The translations under genes and the position numbers were made by a program. DNA of 64,000 nt from an uncultured virus (IMG/VR IMGVR_UViG_3300037092_000074) (taxonomy: Duplodnaviria; Heunggongvirae; Uroviricota; Caudoviricetes). Positions 25,536 through 33,689 of this stretch are shown in pieces; positions within the stretch are counted from its first letter, which is position 1; each line of letters starts with the position of its first letter. Below the pieces are notes generated by a model. It had not been told where the DNA came from and searched no databases. It worked only from the letters and a program-made list of their open reading frames with translations. The stretch lies in the IMG/VR virus record IMGVR_UViG_3300037092_000074; one strand, given 5' to 3'.

Positions 25536-26075
25536 ATGAGCAAAATGGAAACAAAGATTTGTAAGAAGTGTGGATTGGAAAAATCCACAAACGAATTTGG
25601 AAAGAAACTTGGTGGCCTTCAATCTTGGTGCCGAGAATGCACGAAAAAATATGGCCAAGAACACTACGCGGCCAATCAAAAGGTCATCCGCCAACGTCAG
25701 AATCTTTCTTACCCCAAGCAGGCCAAACAGCAGATGGCCCGACAGAAGCAAGCCTTGAAAGATAATCCGGCCAAGGGTCTTCTTAAGTTGGCCAAGCAGC
25801 GTTGCAAGAAATCTGGAGTTTCCTGTACGATTACGGAATCCGACATAAAGATTCCAGAGTTCTGTCCTATCCTGGGACTTCGTTTAGAGTTTGGAGATAT
25901 GGAGACCCGAAATAGCTCTCCCAGCCTTGACCGTCTCAATCCGGCTTTTGGCTATGTTCCTGGGAATGTGGCCGTAATTTCATATCGAGCCAACAGAATC
26001 AAGAATGAAGGTTTGGCCGCCGAGCACCGCCTTATAGCCGATTGGATGGACACCTTTTCCAAGGAGCCTGCGTGA
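25536..26075 (+). CDS. HNH-type homing endonuclease
   Basis: KICKKCG..K...EF, CPILG, PSLDRLNP..GYVPGNV.VIS..AN.IK. Confidence 0.85.
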   Translation: MSKMETKICKKCGLEKSTNEFGKKLGGLQSWCRECTKKYGQEHYAANQKVIRQRQNLSYPKQAKQQMARQKQALKDNPAKGLLKLAKQRCKKSGVSCTITESDIKIPEFCPILGLRLEFGDMETRNSSPSLDRLNPAFGYVPGNVAVISYRANRIKNEGLAAEHRLIADWMDTFSKEPA

Positions 26076-26230
26076 CCGACCTTGAAAAATACAAACTAGC
26101 AGCGGAGAAACTCCGGTTCCTGGTCCACCTTTGGCTTGACGAAGATTGTGGTTGTACCTGCTCTGCGTGCGAAGAGCTACTTGCCGATGCCGAAGAGCTT
26201 TTGAAGGAGACTAAATGCAAGCCTCAGTAA
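26072..26230 (+). CDS. hypothetical protein
   Basis: GTGA overlap, AAGGAG SD. Confidence 0.5.
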   Translation: MTDLEKYKLAAEKLRFLVHLWLDEDCGCTCSACEELLADAEELLKETKCKPQ

Positions 26231-26684
26231 CAACCGGCCCGGCCCTCCCCAATACGACAGCCACCTACTACGGGGCCAAACCCAGGCCCAAGACCAAGAA
26301 GAAGCCGAAGAAAAAGTGATGAAGTTTTTCTTAACCATCCTCGGGCTGTCCGTCGCTTTTAGCTGTCTGATCTACCTGGCCTTTGGTGCCAATATAAAGG
26401 AGTCCGGATAATGGACTATTACGTCCTCTTTCCTCCCGACTTCCGTCCCCTTCCCCAGCACAAAGGAATTGCTCTGCGGAACTCAGATGGGAGTATTGTT
26501 GTCCGAAAAGTTGACAAGAAAGCAGAGAAATAATGGACCTAACACCATTGCTACAAACTGCTTCTGAAAAAGAATTTGACGAGATTTTGGAAGAACTTCC
26601 CCCACACCAACAAATTCTTTTCAAAATCTGTCGAGAAGGCGGATGCAATTTAATCCTGGACGAAATGGTCCCGGAAGGAACAAA

Positions 26685-26906
26685 ATGGCCGACATCCCCT
26701 TCCGTTTGAAACCGAGTACCCAGGTACAGGCCGCCACGTATGACCCGCAAGCCGAGCGCCTGGTCTTGACTTTGAACTCCGGCGGCAAATACGCATATCA
26801 CAACGTTCCTCAAGATAAAGCCATAGCCTTCGGAGAAGCGGACAGTCATGGAGATTTCTTCCACGCCAACATCCGGGGCAAACACGAGTTCACTAGAGTA
26901 AGTTAA
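26685..26906 (+). CDS. KTSC domain protein
   Basis: ST.V....YDP....L.L....G..Y.Y.NVP......F..A.S.G.FF...IR. Confidence 0.85.
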   Translation: MADIPFRLKPSTQVQAATYDPQAERLVLTLNSGGKYAYHNVPQDKAIAFGEADSHGDFFHANIRGKHEFTRVS

Positions 26907-27230
26907 AAATTGGCCGCTGCTATACCTTCTTATTTTGCAGCGGTCGCCCGGCGCGGAGTTCTCCTCCTTTCGCCGCGCCGGGACCCTTCAATTTTAGTCC
27001 AGATAATGGACTTCCGCAGGCCGTAGTTTCAGCAGGAGCCGAAGCGTGTTCTCGTTAGCCCCGAGGAGACGTGGAGACTATTTTGGCTGGTTTGTATCGA
27101 AGGCCGGTTGGGCGACAGGTGATCCCTTAGCCTAACTATCCAGAGAACAAGCCGGGCAAGCCGATCTAACACTGAGAGAATCTCCGGCCTGTATTTTTCT
27201 CCACACAAATCTTCGCTCTTTTGAGGAATC

Positions 27231-27575
27231 ATGTCCAAAACATTTGACCCGTTTTTCGATGGCTACAGGCATTTGCGGCCTTTGTCTAGTGAAATTCTCA
27301 GGGACCTAGCCCGCAACGAGTGCGCCCCCCGGGACTACCGAAAGGCCGCTGTCGAATTGCTTGTAGACAGAAAGTCGCCCTTCGTCAAGCACGCGGACTT
27401 GTTCGGGCTTGTCCAGGAGTTGGAAGTAGAGTTGGATGGGATTCAGTTCGAGTTCCCTGCTCCCGAACCTGGGCCCGGGCCCCTGACCACAAGCATTACC
27501 ACAGCCACCATGTTCTCTGACGGACCATCCCAAGTAAAGGAAGAACTGAATGCCCCTCGACCCGAACCCGTCTAG
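27231..27575 (+). CDS. hypothetical protein
   Basis: GAGGA SD, 114 aa. Confidence 0.6.
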   Translation: MSKTFDPFFDGYRHLRPLSSEILRDLARNECAPRDYRKAAVELLVDRKSPFVKHADLFGLVQELEVELDGIQFEFPAPEPGPGPLTTSITTATMFSDGPSQVKEELNAPRPEPV

Positions 27576-28194
27576 CTCCGGAACCGTGTGTGTTTATGTC
27601 GCACGACACGGTCAGACCGCTTTGAATGCTTCTAACTCGTTCCGGGGGAACGCCAACCCTCCTTTGGACAAAGTAGGGATAAAAGAAGCGGGGGAACTGG
27701 CCAAGCTCTTCGAGCACGTCGAACTGTCTCATATATTCTGCTCAGACAAACAACGAGCGACGAAGACCGCCGAGATCGTGGGCAAGGCTCACGGGGCGTC
27801 CGTTCACCCAGTCGAGAGTCTTCGAGCACTAGATGTCGGAGAGTTCTCAGGACAGAAGCGCACTCCCGAGGCAGAAGCTAACCTTCAGACATATTTGGAG
27901 TCTCCGGATACTCAGATTCCCGGGGGCGAATCCCTCAATGAATTCAAACAAAGAATTGGCCCCTGTCTGCAACAAGCGGTAGAGATGTTTAGCAAAACCG
28001 GAGTTCCTCCTCTTTTAGTAGCCCACTCTTCGATTGTACATGAAGTAGGCGCACTCTTAAAGGGTGGGCATAAAAATCTCCTTGTGTCGCCTGGTGGAGC
28101 TATTGCAATTTTCTTCAACGGGTCCAAGCTCGACGCAGAGCCCATCTTCAAACCTCTGACGACTTCGAAGACCCACGCCGAAACAATCACCTAA
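27550..28194 (+). CDS. histidine phosphatase family protein (phosphoglycerate mutase-like)
   Basis: YVARHGQT, L...G...A, SD.QRA..TA, GGES, VAHS. Confidence 0.9.
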   Translation: MPLDPNPSSSGTVCVYVARHGQTALNASNSFRGNANPPLDKVGIKEAGELAKLFEHVELSHIFCSDKQRATKTAEIVGKAHGASVHPVESLRALDVGEFSGQKRTPEAEANLQTYLESPDTQIPGGESLNEFKQRIGPCLQQAVEMFSKTGVPPLLVAHSSIVHEVGALLKGGHKNLLVSPGGAIAIFFNGSKLDAEPIFKPLTTSKTHAETIT

Positions 28195-28272
28195 GCTAGT
28201 TGTCCGGATAATGGACAACGTTTTCCTCGGCATTTCCGCCGGGTGTAACCCAAATCACAAAAGGATAAAAAC

Positions 28273-28986
28273 ATGGCAAACGTTAATACTTGTGCGGGCT
28301 ATACCGCAAGCGGAACCGCCAAGAATCAATTCCCAGTAACTCAAACAGTAGCAACGACCGTTGAAACCGCGTTGCTCCTTAACACCGATGCCGGAACCAC
28401 AACTTGCTTCGTGGTTGTTCCCGGCGGCGGGTCCATTCTGGGGTCCAGCACGGGCTTGGATGTCAATGCTAACTTCGCCGTCATCGAACGCTCCGCCCGC
28501 GAATACGGGCTGCCTTCGGGAGAAACTAACGATCAATTCTCGTCCAGCAACGCCTCTGGCGCTGTCGGTTCGTGGGACGGTCGTCCGTTTAGGGTGCGTA
28601 TCTGCGGCGTAGGAACGGCGGGCCACAACGCGGCCCAGACTCTGATCTTCAATTTGTATCAGGGAACTTCTGCCTCCTTGGCCAGCGATCACGCTATCGG
28701 AACCACGGGCGCGGCTTACGCCATTGCGCAAAGTAGCTCTAATGTCAGCTTTAACTTTATGATCGAAGCGACCTTGGTGTGGGATTTGACCTCCGGCGTT
28801 CTGACCGGAAGCTACACGTCCAACATCGCGGGAGGCACCACGTCTCAATTCACAGGTCCCACAGTTGTTACGAACGTTGTAGGCTCTATGACCAGCGCAA
28901 CTCTGTCTTTCCTCGCCTCCGTAACTCTCGGCAACGCCGCCTCCAGCACTATCTCGATTCGGGAATTTGTGGTGGACAAGCTCTAG
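28273..28986 (+). CDS. putative virion protein (paralog family)
   Basis: AAGGA SD; SWDGRPFRVRI shared with 29021. Confidence 0.65.
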   Translation: MANVNTCAGYTASGTAKNQFPVTQTVATTVETALLLNTDAGTTTCFVVVPGGGSILGSSTGLDVNANFAVIERSAREYGLPSGETNDQFSSSNASGAVGSWDGRPFRVRICGVGTAGHNAAQTLIFNLYQGTSASLASDHAIGTTGAAYAIAQSSSNVSFNFMIEATLVWDLTSGVLTGSYTSNIAGGTTSQFTGPTVVTNVVGSMTSATLSFLASVTLGNAASSTISIREFVVDKL

Positions 28987-29020
28987 TAACTCTTTGAAAA
29001 TCAAGGACAAAGGATAAAAA

Positions 29021-30022
29021 ATGGCAAACGCAAATTCTATCGTCGGGTTTTCTCGGAGCGGCACGGCACGAAATCAGTTTCAGGCCCAAACCGTCTCAAC
29101 AGCGGCGGAGACCCAACTGACTATCAGCACTGACACGGGAACCGGCAACTTCTTTCTCCCCATTCCTCGCGGGGCTTACGGTTCGGGAGCCCGGGCTCCC
29201 ATAGACACCAATGCCAACGTCGCCGTGCTTCGTCGTTCCGGACAAGACTACGGTCTTCCGTCCGGAGAAGGAAACGCCCCCTTCACTCAATACTCGTGGG
29301 ATGGTCGTCCGTTCCGTGTCCGGATTTCTGGAATAGGCAACGCTGCCACACAATTGGCTACTCCGGTAAACAGTACGTTTACCCAGGCGGACACTGGTGG
29401 AAGTCTTGCTGACGGCACTACTTATTACTATCGGATAGCTGCCATCAACGCTCAGGGTGGAACCTCCCTCGCCTCTGCGGAAACTTCTCAAGCAACGAGC
29501 GCCACTGTGACCGGAACGCACACAATGACCGTGACCTGGGGCGCTGTAGCGGGCGCGACTGGTTATGTGATCTACGGGCGCACCACGGGAGCCGAGCAAA
29601 AGATTGCCACCGTGGGGGCGGTAACCACCTACACAGACCTTGGGTCCATTAGTCCAAGTGGGGCCCTGCCGACTGCCGCAACAACCTATGTGACCATCAA
29701 GCTGTATCAGGGAACGACTACACTAAACAGCGCCCTGGCAACAACCGGAGCGACGAGGGTTATCGGCCCGACGGGCGGTGCTTTCAACTTTGAGATCGAG
29801 GCCACGTTGCAGTGGGACATTACGTCTCAAGTCCTGTCCGGTTCGTATACATCGGTCATTGGGTTTGGAACGTCGAAGTTCTTCACAGGCCCGACCGTAG
29901 TCACCAATGTTACGTCCGCCTTGGCCATTTCTGACCTAGCTTTCGCGGGGGCTGTAACCTTCGGGTTCGCCTCCTCCTCAAACACAATCACACTCCGAGA
30001 TTTTTGCTTGGAGAGATTATAA
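29021..30022 (+). CDS. putative virion protein with inserted FN3-like module
   Basis: Paralog of 28273 plus a TYYYRIAAIN...VTWGAVAGATGYVIYGR insert. Confidence 0.65.
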   Translation: MANANSIVGFSRSGTARNQFQAQTVSTAAETQLTISTDTGTGNFFLPIPRGAYGSGARAPIDTNANVAVLRRSGQDYGLPSGEGNAPFTQYSWDGRPFRVRISGIGNAATQLATPVNSTFTQADTGGSLADGTTYYYRIAAINAQGGTSLASAETSQATSATVTGTHTMTVTWGAVAGATGYVIYGRTTGAEQKIATVGAVTTYTDLGSISPSGALPTAATTYVTIKLYQGTTTLNSALATTGATRVIGPTGGAFNFEIEATLQWDITSQVLSGSYTSVIGFGTSKFFTGPTVVTNVTSALAISDLAFAGAVTFGFASSSNTITLRDFCLERL

Positions 30023-30180
30023 CGGTCCGTGACAAAACACACTCACACTTACGATTCGGAGGTCCGCTGGCAAACGGCTGGGCCCCCGTATCTGGTCATT
30101 ATTCTGTGGTGTGCGTGTGGTGCGTCAAAAGCATTTCCAAGACAAGAAGTTTGTCCGAATAATGGACTAAGTGAGGTAAA

Positions 30181-30441
30181 ATGGCAATCACGATAGGTGT
30201 AGGAACGTCGGATATAGACCACACCGAATACTATGACGGGGTCATTGGCCACGTCCTAGCCTTGGTCGTAAAAGGCGAAGACGGCTCGATTACTCTTGAG
30301 CGAGACATCGCAGTCAACGCAGACAACGCGGAAGACAATCAACTCGCGGAGGCGACGGTCAAAGCTATAGAAGTCAAACTGAACGAGGCTTTCCCCGATC
30401 CGAACAAGCCGGAGCAGCCTAAGATTTGGGTGCCCGCATGA
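30181..30441 (+). CDS. hypothetical protein
   Basis: GAGG SD. Confidence 0.6.
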   Translation: MAITIGVGTSDIDHTEYYDGVIGHVLALVVKGEDGSITLERDIAVNADNAEDNQLAEATVKAIEVKLNEAFPDPNKPEQPKIWVPA

Positions 30442-31133
30442 GCGCAGTAAGTCTGATCGAATCCGATTTCGATGTCATTAACTACGAGGCGGGGGCGGAC
30501 AGTAACCTTCGGGGAATGGAATGTGTCGGTTGCAGGAGATTGCTCGAATACAAGTTCTTCGACCGAAACTCCTCATATAAGTCCGGCTATGATCCAATGT
30601 GTCCGTTGTGCAAAAGTTCCCCTCGTCTAAGTATTGCAGAACACACCTCCCGCCTTCGAGAAATGAACTACAGTTCCGAGGCCACGAAGAGACAAAGACA
30701 CCCGGATCAGGCCGAACTCCGCAAACCAAGGCGTGGAAAGTCGATGTCTACTTCAGAGTTTTTAACGAAGCTCCACAAAGCCTACCCTGGTTTGTTTATC
30801 ACAGAAGGTGGAATCGCGGGGGATGTTGCTCTATATGCCACGTCCGGTTGGTTACGCCATGACTGGAACGACCGAGACTTCAAATATATCGGATATGTAA
30901 CTCTCCCCAAGTTCTACGGAGACGATCTACCCGAATACTCAGAGTATGAGTTTGACTCCCGAGACATCATGCTCCGCGTATCCAAAATCGGATGGCGGTC
31001 TGTGCTTATCCGGTTTATCGAAAACGACATCATCCCCGAAGAGAAAATCAACGAGGTGTTTGGCCGCCCTCTCGGTGACCTACACAACAGTTGGTTTAAG
31101 GCTCTTCAAACCCGCCGCAACAAGTCCAGATAA
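30438..31133 (+). CDS. hypothetical protein with N-terminal CxxC/CxxC finger
   Basis: CVGC...CPLC; stop codon lies inside a motif copy. Confidence 0.65.
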   Translation: MSAVSLIESDFDVINYEAGADSNLRGMECVGCRRLLEYKFFDRNSSYKSGYDPMCPLCKSSPRLSIAEHTSRLREMNYSSEATKRQRHPDQAELRKPRRGKSMSTSEFLTKLHKAYPGLFITEGGIAGDVALYATSGWLRHDWNDRDFKYIGYVTLPKFYGDDLPEYSEYEFDSRDIMLRVSKIGWRSVLIRFIENDIIPEEKINEVFGRPLGDLHNSWFKALQTRRNKSR

Positions 31134-31151
31134 TGGACGCAACCCACCGTC

Positions 31152-31171
31152 AGTCAGGATTTGACTAGGAG
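31152..31171 (+). promoter_or_regulatory. GGAUU-loop leader hairpin abutting SD (copy 3)
   Basis: AGTCA-GGATT-TGACT-AGGAG. Confidence 0.6.
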
Positions 31172-31177
31172 ACCGCT

Positions 31178-31792
31178 ATGCCCGCAGGAAGACCTCGCAA
31201 GAACCAAGAAGTAGACGAAGCCGTTTCAACATCCGTTGAAAACACAGAGACCGCTGAAAACCAAGCAGCGCCCGTTCCTTTGGCCCCACTAACCCAAGAC
31301 ACCCTGCTCACCCTCCTGGCTTCAATGCAGAAGCAGTTCCTTGACGGCCAGAAATCTCAGGCAGAGAACAACAAAGTCTTGGCCGAAGCCATCATCAACC
31401 TGGCCACGCCTAAAGCCCCCCTAAAGTCTCGCAAGCAGGAAGCCGACGAAGAAAATGAGCGGCTATTCCAGAATCGTCAAACTGATCTGGAAAAGATGAA
31501 GAAGCGAAACGATGCGTACCTGCATGGTATCTGCGAGCACATCGCGGGAAGCAACAAGATTGGCGAGGGATTCAAGGACCTTCAGGGTCGAACCTCGTTC
31601 CAATGGCACACCAACGATGTGGGAGTCGAATTCGGGATTTGCAGTATCTGTCAGAAAATTCTTACCCCCCTCGACCCGGATTATATGGAGTGGAGGAGAA
31701 AGCCGCAGTTTGGCAAACCCTCTAGCGCGGGCAAGCGGACGGTGATGAACTACCCGCAGGCTATGGCAGACTCGTTCCTCCACGACAGCTAA
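31178..31792 (+). CDS. hypothetical protein
   Basis: GRPRK N-terminus, C.H and CxxC motifs. Confidence 0.65.
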   Translation: MPAGRPRKNQEVDEAVSTSVENTETAENQAAPVPLAPLTQDTLLTLLASMQKQFLDGQKSQAENNKVLAEAIINLATPKAPLKSRKQEADEENERLFQNRQTDLEKMKKRNDAYLHGICEHIAGSNKIGEGFKDLQGRTSFQWHTNDVGVEFGICSICQKILTPLDPDYMEWRRKPQFGKPSSAGKRTVMNYPQAMADSFLHDS

Positions 31793-31802
31793 AAGGGGGC
31801 TT

Positions 31803-32222
31803 ATGAAGAAGGTAACCTACGAAAAATGGTTGACTAAGCTGGTAGAGAACCTATCCGAGCACTTCAACCTATCTGGGTGGAGAATATCTATTGAGCACCT
31901 CGAAGAGGAGCCGGAGGAGTGTGATTCCGGCAACTTAGAGTATGCCCATATTGTTGTCACTCCACCCTACCAAATGGCTACTATTCGTGTCAATAAACTC
32001 GCCCAAAAGGACTTCCAAGACGGAAACATTGATAGGTTAGTCAGTCTTCTTACCCACGAAGTAGCTCATATTTTTCTAGCTCCTCTGCAAGACTGGATGC
32101 AACCACATCTGTCTACAATAACAGCCCCGATCTTCCATAAAGACATAGAACAGCAGACCCAAAAGCTGACGATGGTCTTCCTCAAGACCCTTCCTAAAAA
32201 TATCATCCCTCCTCTGAGGTAG
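31803..32222 (+). CDS. HExxH metallopeptidase-like protein
   Basis: LTHEVAHI. Confidence 0.65.
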   Translation: MKKVTYEKWLTKLVENLSEHFNLSGWRISIEHLEEEPEECDSGNLEYAHIVVTPPYQMATIRVNKLAQKDFQDGNIDRLVSLLTHEVAHIFLAPLQDWMQPHLSTITAPIFHKDIEQQTQKLTMVFLKTLPKNIIPPLR

Positions 32223-32223
32223 C

Positions 32224-33159
32224 ATGTCTACAATCCAACTCCAACGGACCATAAATTTGGTCCAGCAATTTCTGTATAATCGCCCGCTGACGTTTTCGTC
32301 GCTGTTTAGCCTGGCCGTAAACGCGGGCGGAACTGCGTACACGGTTGGGGATATGATTACCGTTGCTGGAGGAACCAAAGGAACCGCGATGGTTACCAAC
32401 ATTAGCGGGGGAGGATCAACAGGCCCGGTAACTGTTCTTGCTGTCATAGAAGGCGGGGTTGGGTACATCAACGGGGCGACCGGAATATCTACCACAGGAG
32501 GAACCGGAACCAACCTGAAGGTCAATACCTTCACATCCTCCGATCCGGCTTTCTCCAACGCGGATTGGGTAATGCAGACTATCCTTGCCCCTCCGTTTGC
32601 CTGGAGATGGAACCGGGTGGGGGGTTCCCCTTCTCTTCCCACCTTCGTTACCATAGTCGGAACAACTGATTACGAGGTTGCTCTTCCCGCTTTCGGTTGG
32701 CTTGAAAAAGCTGTGGCCTATGACCCGAGCAGCGGGTATTATGCTTTTGAGCTATCGAACGAGTTGGTCATGGGGGCGGAGACGCTTCCCAATCAGCCGA
32801 CGAGAATCTCGGCTCAATACGACGACGGAGCGGGAAATATCACCTTTAGAATAACTCCGGCCCCGGACAAGGTTTACAACGTCGTTGTTGATTATCAGCA
32901 ATCCGCTCCTCAATTCAGTTCTTTAACTCAGACGTGGGTCCCGATCCCCGACTATCTCAGCTATCTGGTCAATGAAGGTTTCTTCGCCAAGGGAGCAGAA
33001 TACTGCAACGATCCGAGGAACCAGGAAGCAATGCAGTTGTTTCTTACTGATCTGGCTGCCGTCTCAGAAGGGCTCAGCCAGACCCAAAAGAATTTGTGGC
33101 TTACTTCCAAGATAAATTCGATGCGGCAAACTATGACGGCTCAGCAGGGACGAGGTTAA
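32224..33159 (+). CDS. head-tail adaptor-like protein
   Basis: W.WNR, G..DY..LP, RITPAPDKVY, PIPD pattern of podoviral adaptors. Confidence 0.6.
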   Translation: MSTIQLQRTINLVQQFLYNRPLTFSSLFSLAVNAGGTAYTVGDMITVAGGTKGTAMVTNISGGGSTGPVTVLAVIEGGVGYINGATGISTTGGTGTNLKVNTFTSSDPAFSNADWVMQTILAPPFAWRWNRVGGSPSLPTFVTIVGTTDYEVALPAFGWLEKAVAYDPSSGYYAFELSNELVMGAETLPNQPTRISAQYDDGAGNITFRITPAPDKVYNVVVDYQQSAPQFSSLTQTWVPIPDYLSYLVNEGFFAKGAEYCNDPRNQEAMQLFLTDLAAVSEGLSQTQKNLWLTSKINSMRQTMTAQQGRG

Positions 33160-33168
33160 GGAGATAAC

Positions 33169-33684
33169 ATGGGAGTTGTTACTACAGGTTTTCATCGTAT
33201 AGGGTCCGTTACAACCAGAGCACCGTTTGGAATCGAACAGCAGGTTGTTCCCGGGGCTTTGGTCTACGTTACTCTCACGTCAACCGGGGCGGGGGCCGTT
33301 ATATACTCAGACCCCGGACTGTCTATTTCAATCTCCGGAGCGTTGATTACGACCGATGTCTACGGGAATTATGACTACTATATTCCGCTGAACTACTCCG
33401 TTACTGAAACAATTTCCTCCCCAAACGGGGCGGTACTCACAGTAGTTAACGTTGTACAAAACGGACCGTTGGCCGCTTCTTTAACTACTACTGGAAACGC
33501 AACGGACGTCGTAGTTCTTTCCGGAATTTTAAGCACAAGCCACGTTTCTTTGCAGCCGACTAACGCCTCAGCGGCGACCATGTTGACTTCGACCTATGTG
33601 TCGGCTAAAACAGCGGGAAGCATTACTGTCACGCACCCCACTACGTCTGGTGCCACCTTCGACATAATTATTACCCCCTATTAA
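33169..33684 (+). CDS. virion protein with tailspike head-binding-like domain
   Basis: A.IYSDP....I......TD..GNY.YY shared with the N-terminus of 33690. Confidence 0.6.
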   Translation: MGVVTTGFHRIGSVTTRAPFGIEQQVVPGALVYVTLTSTGAGAVIYSDPGLSISISGALITTDVYGNYDYYIPLNYSVTETISSPNGAVLTVVNVVQNGPLAASLTTTGNATDVVVLSGILSTSHVSLQPTNASAATMLTSTYVSAKTAGSITVTHPTTSGATFDIIITPY

Positions 33685-33689
33685 GAGGA

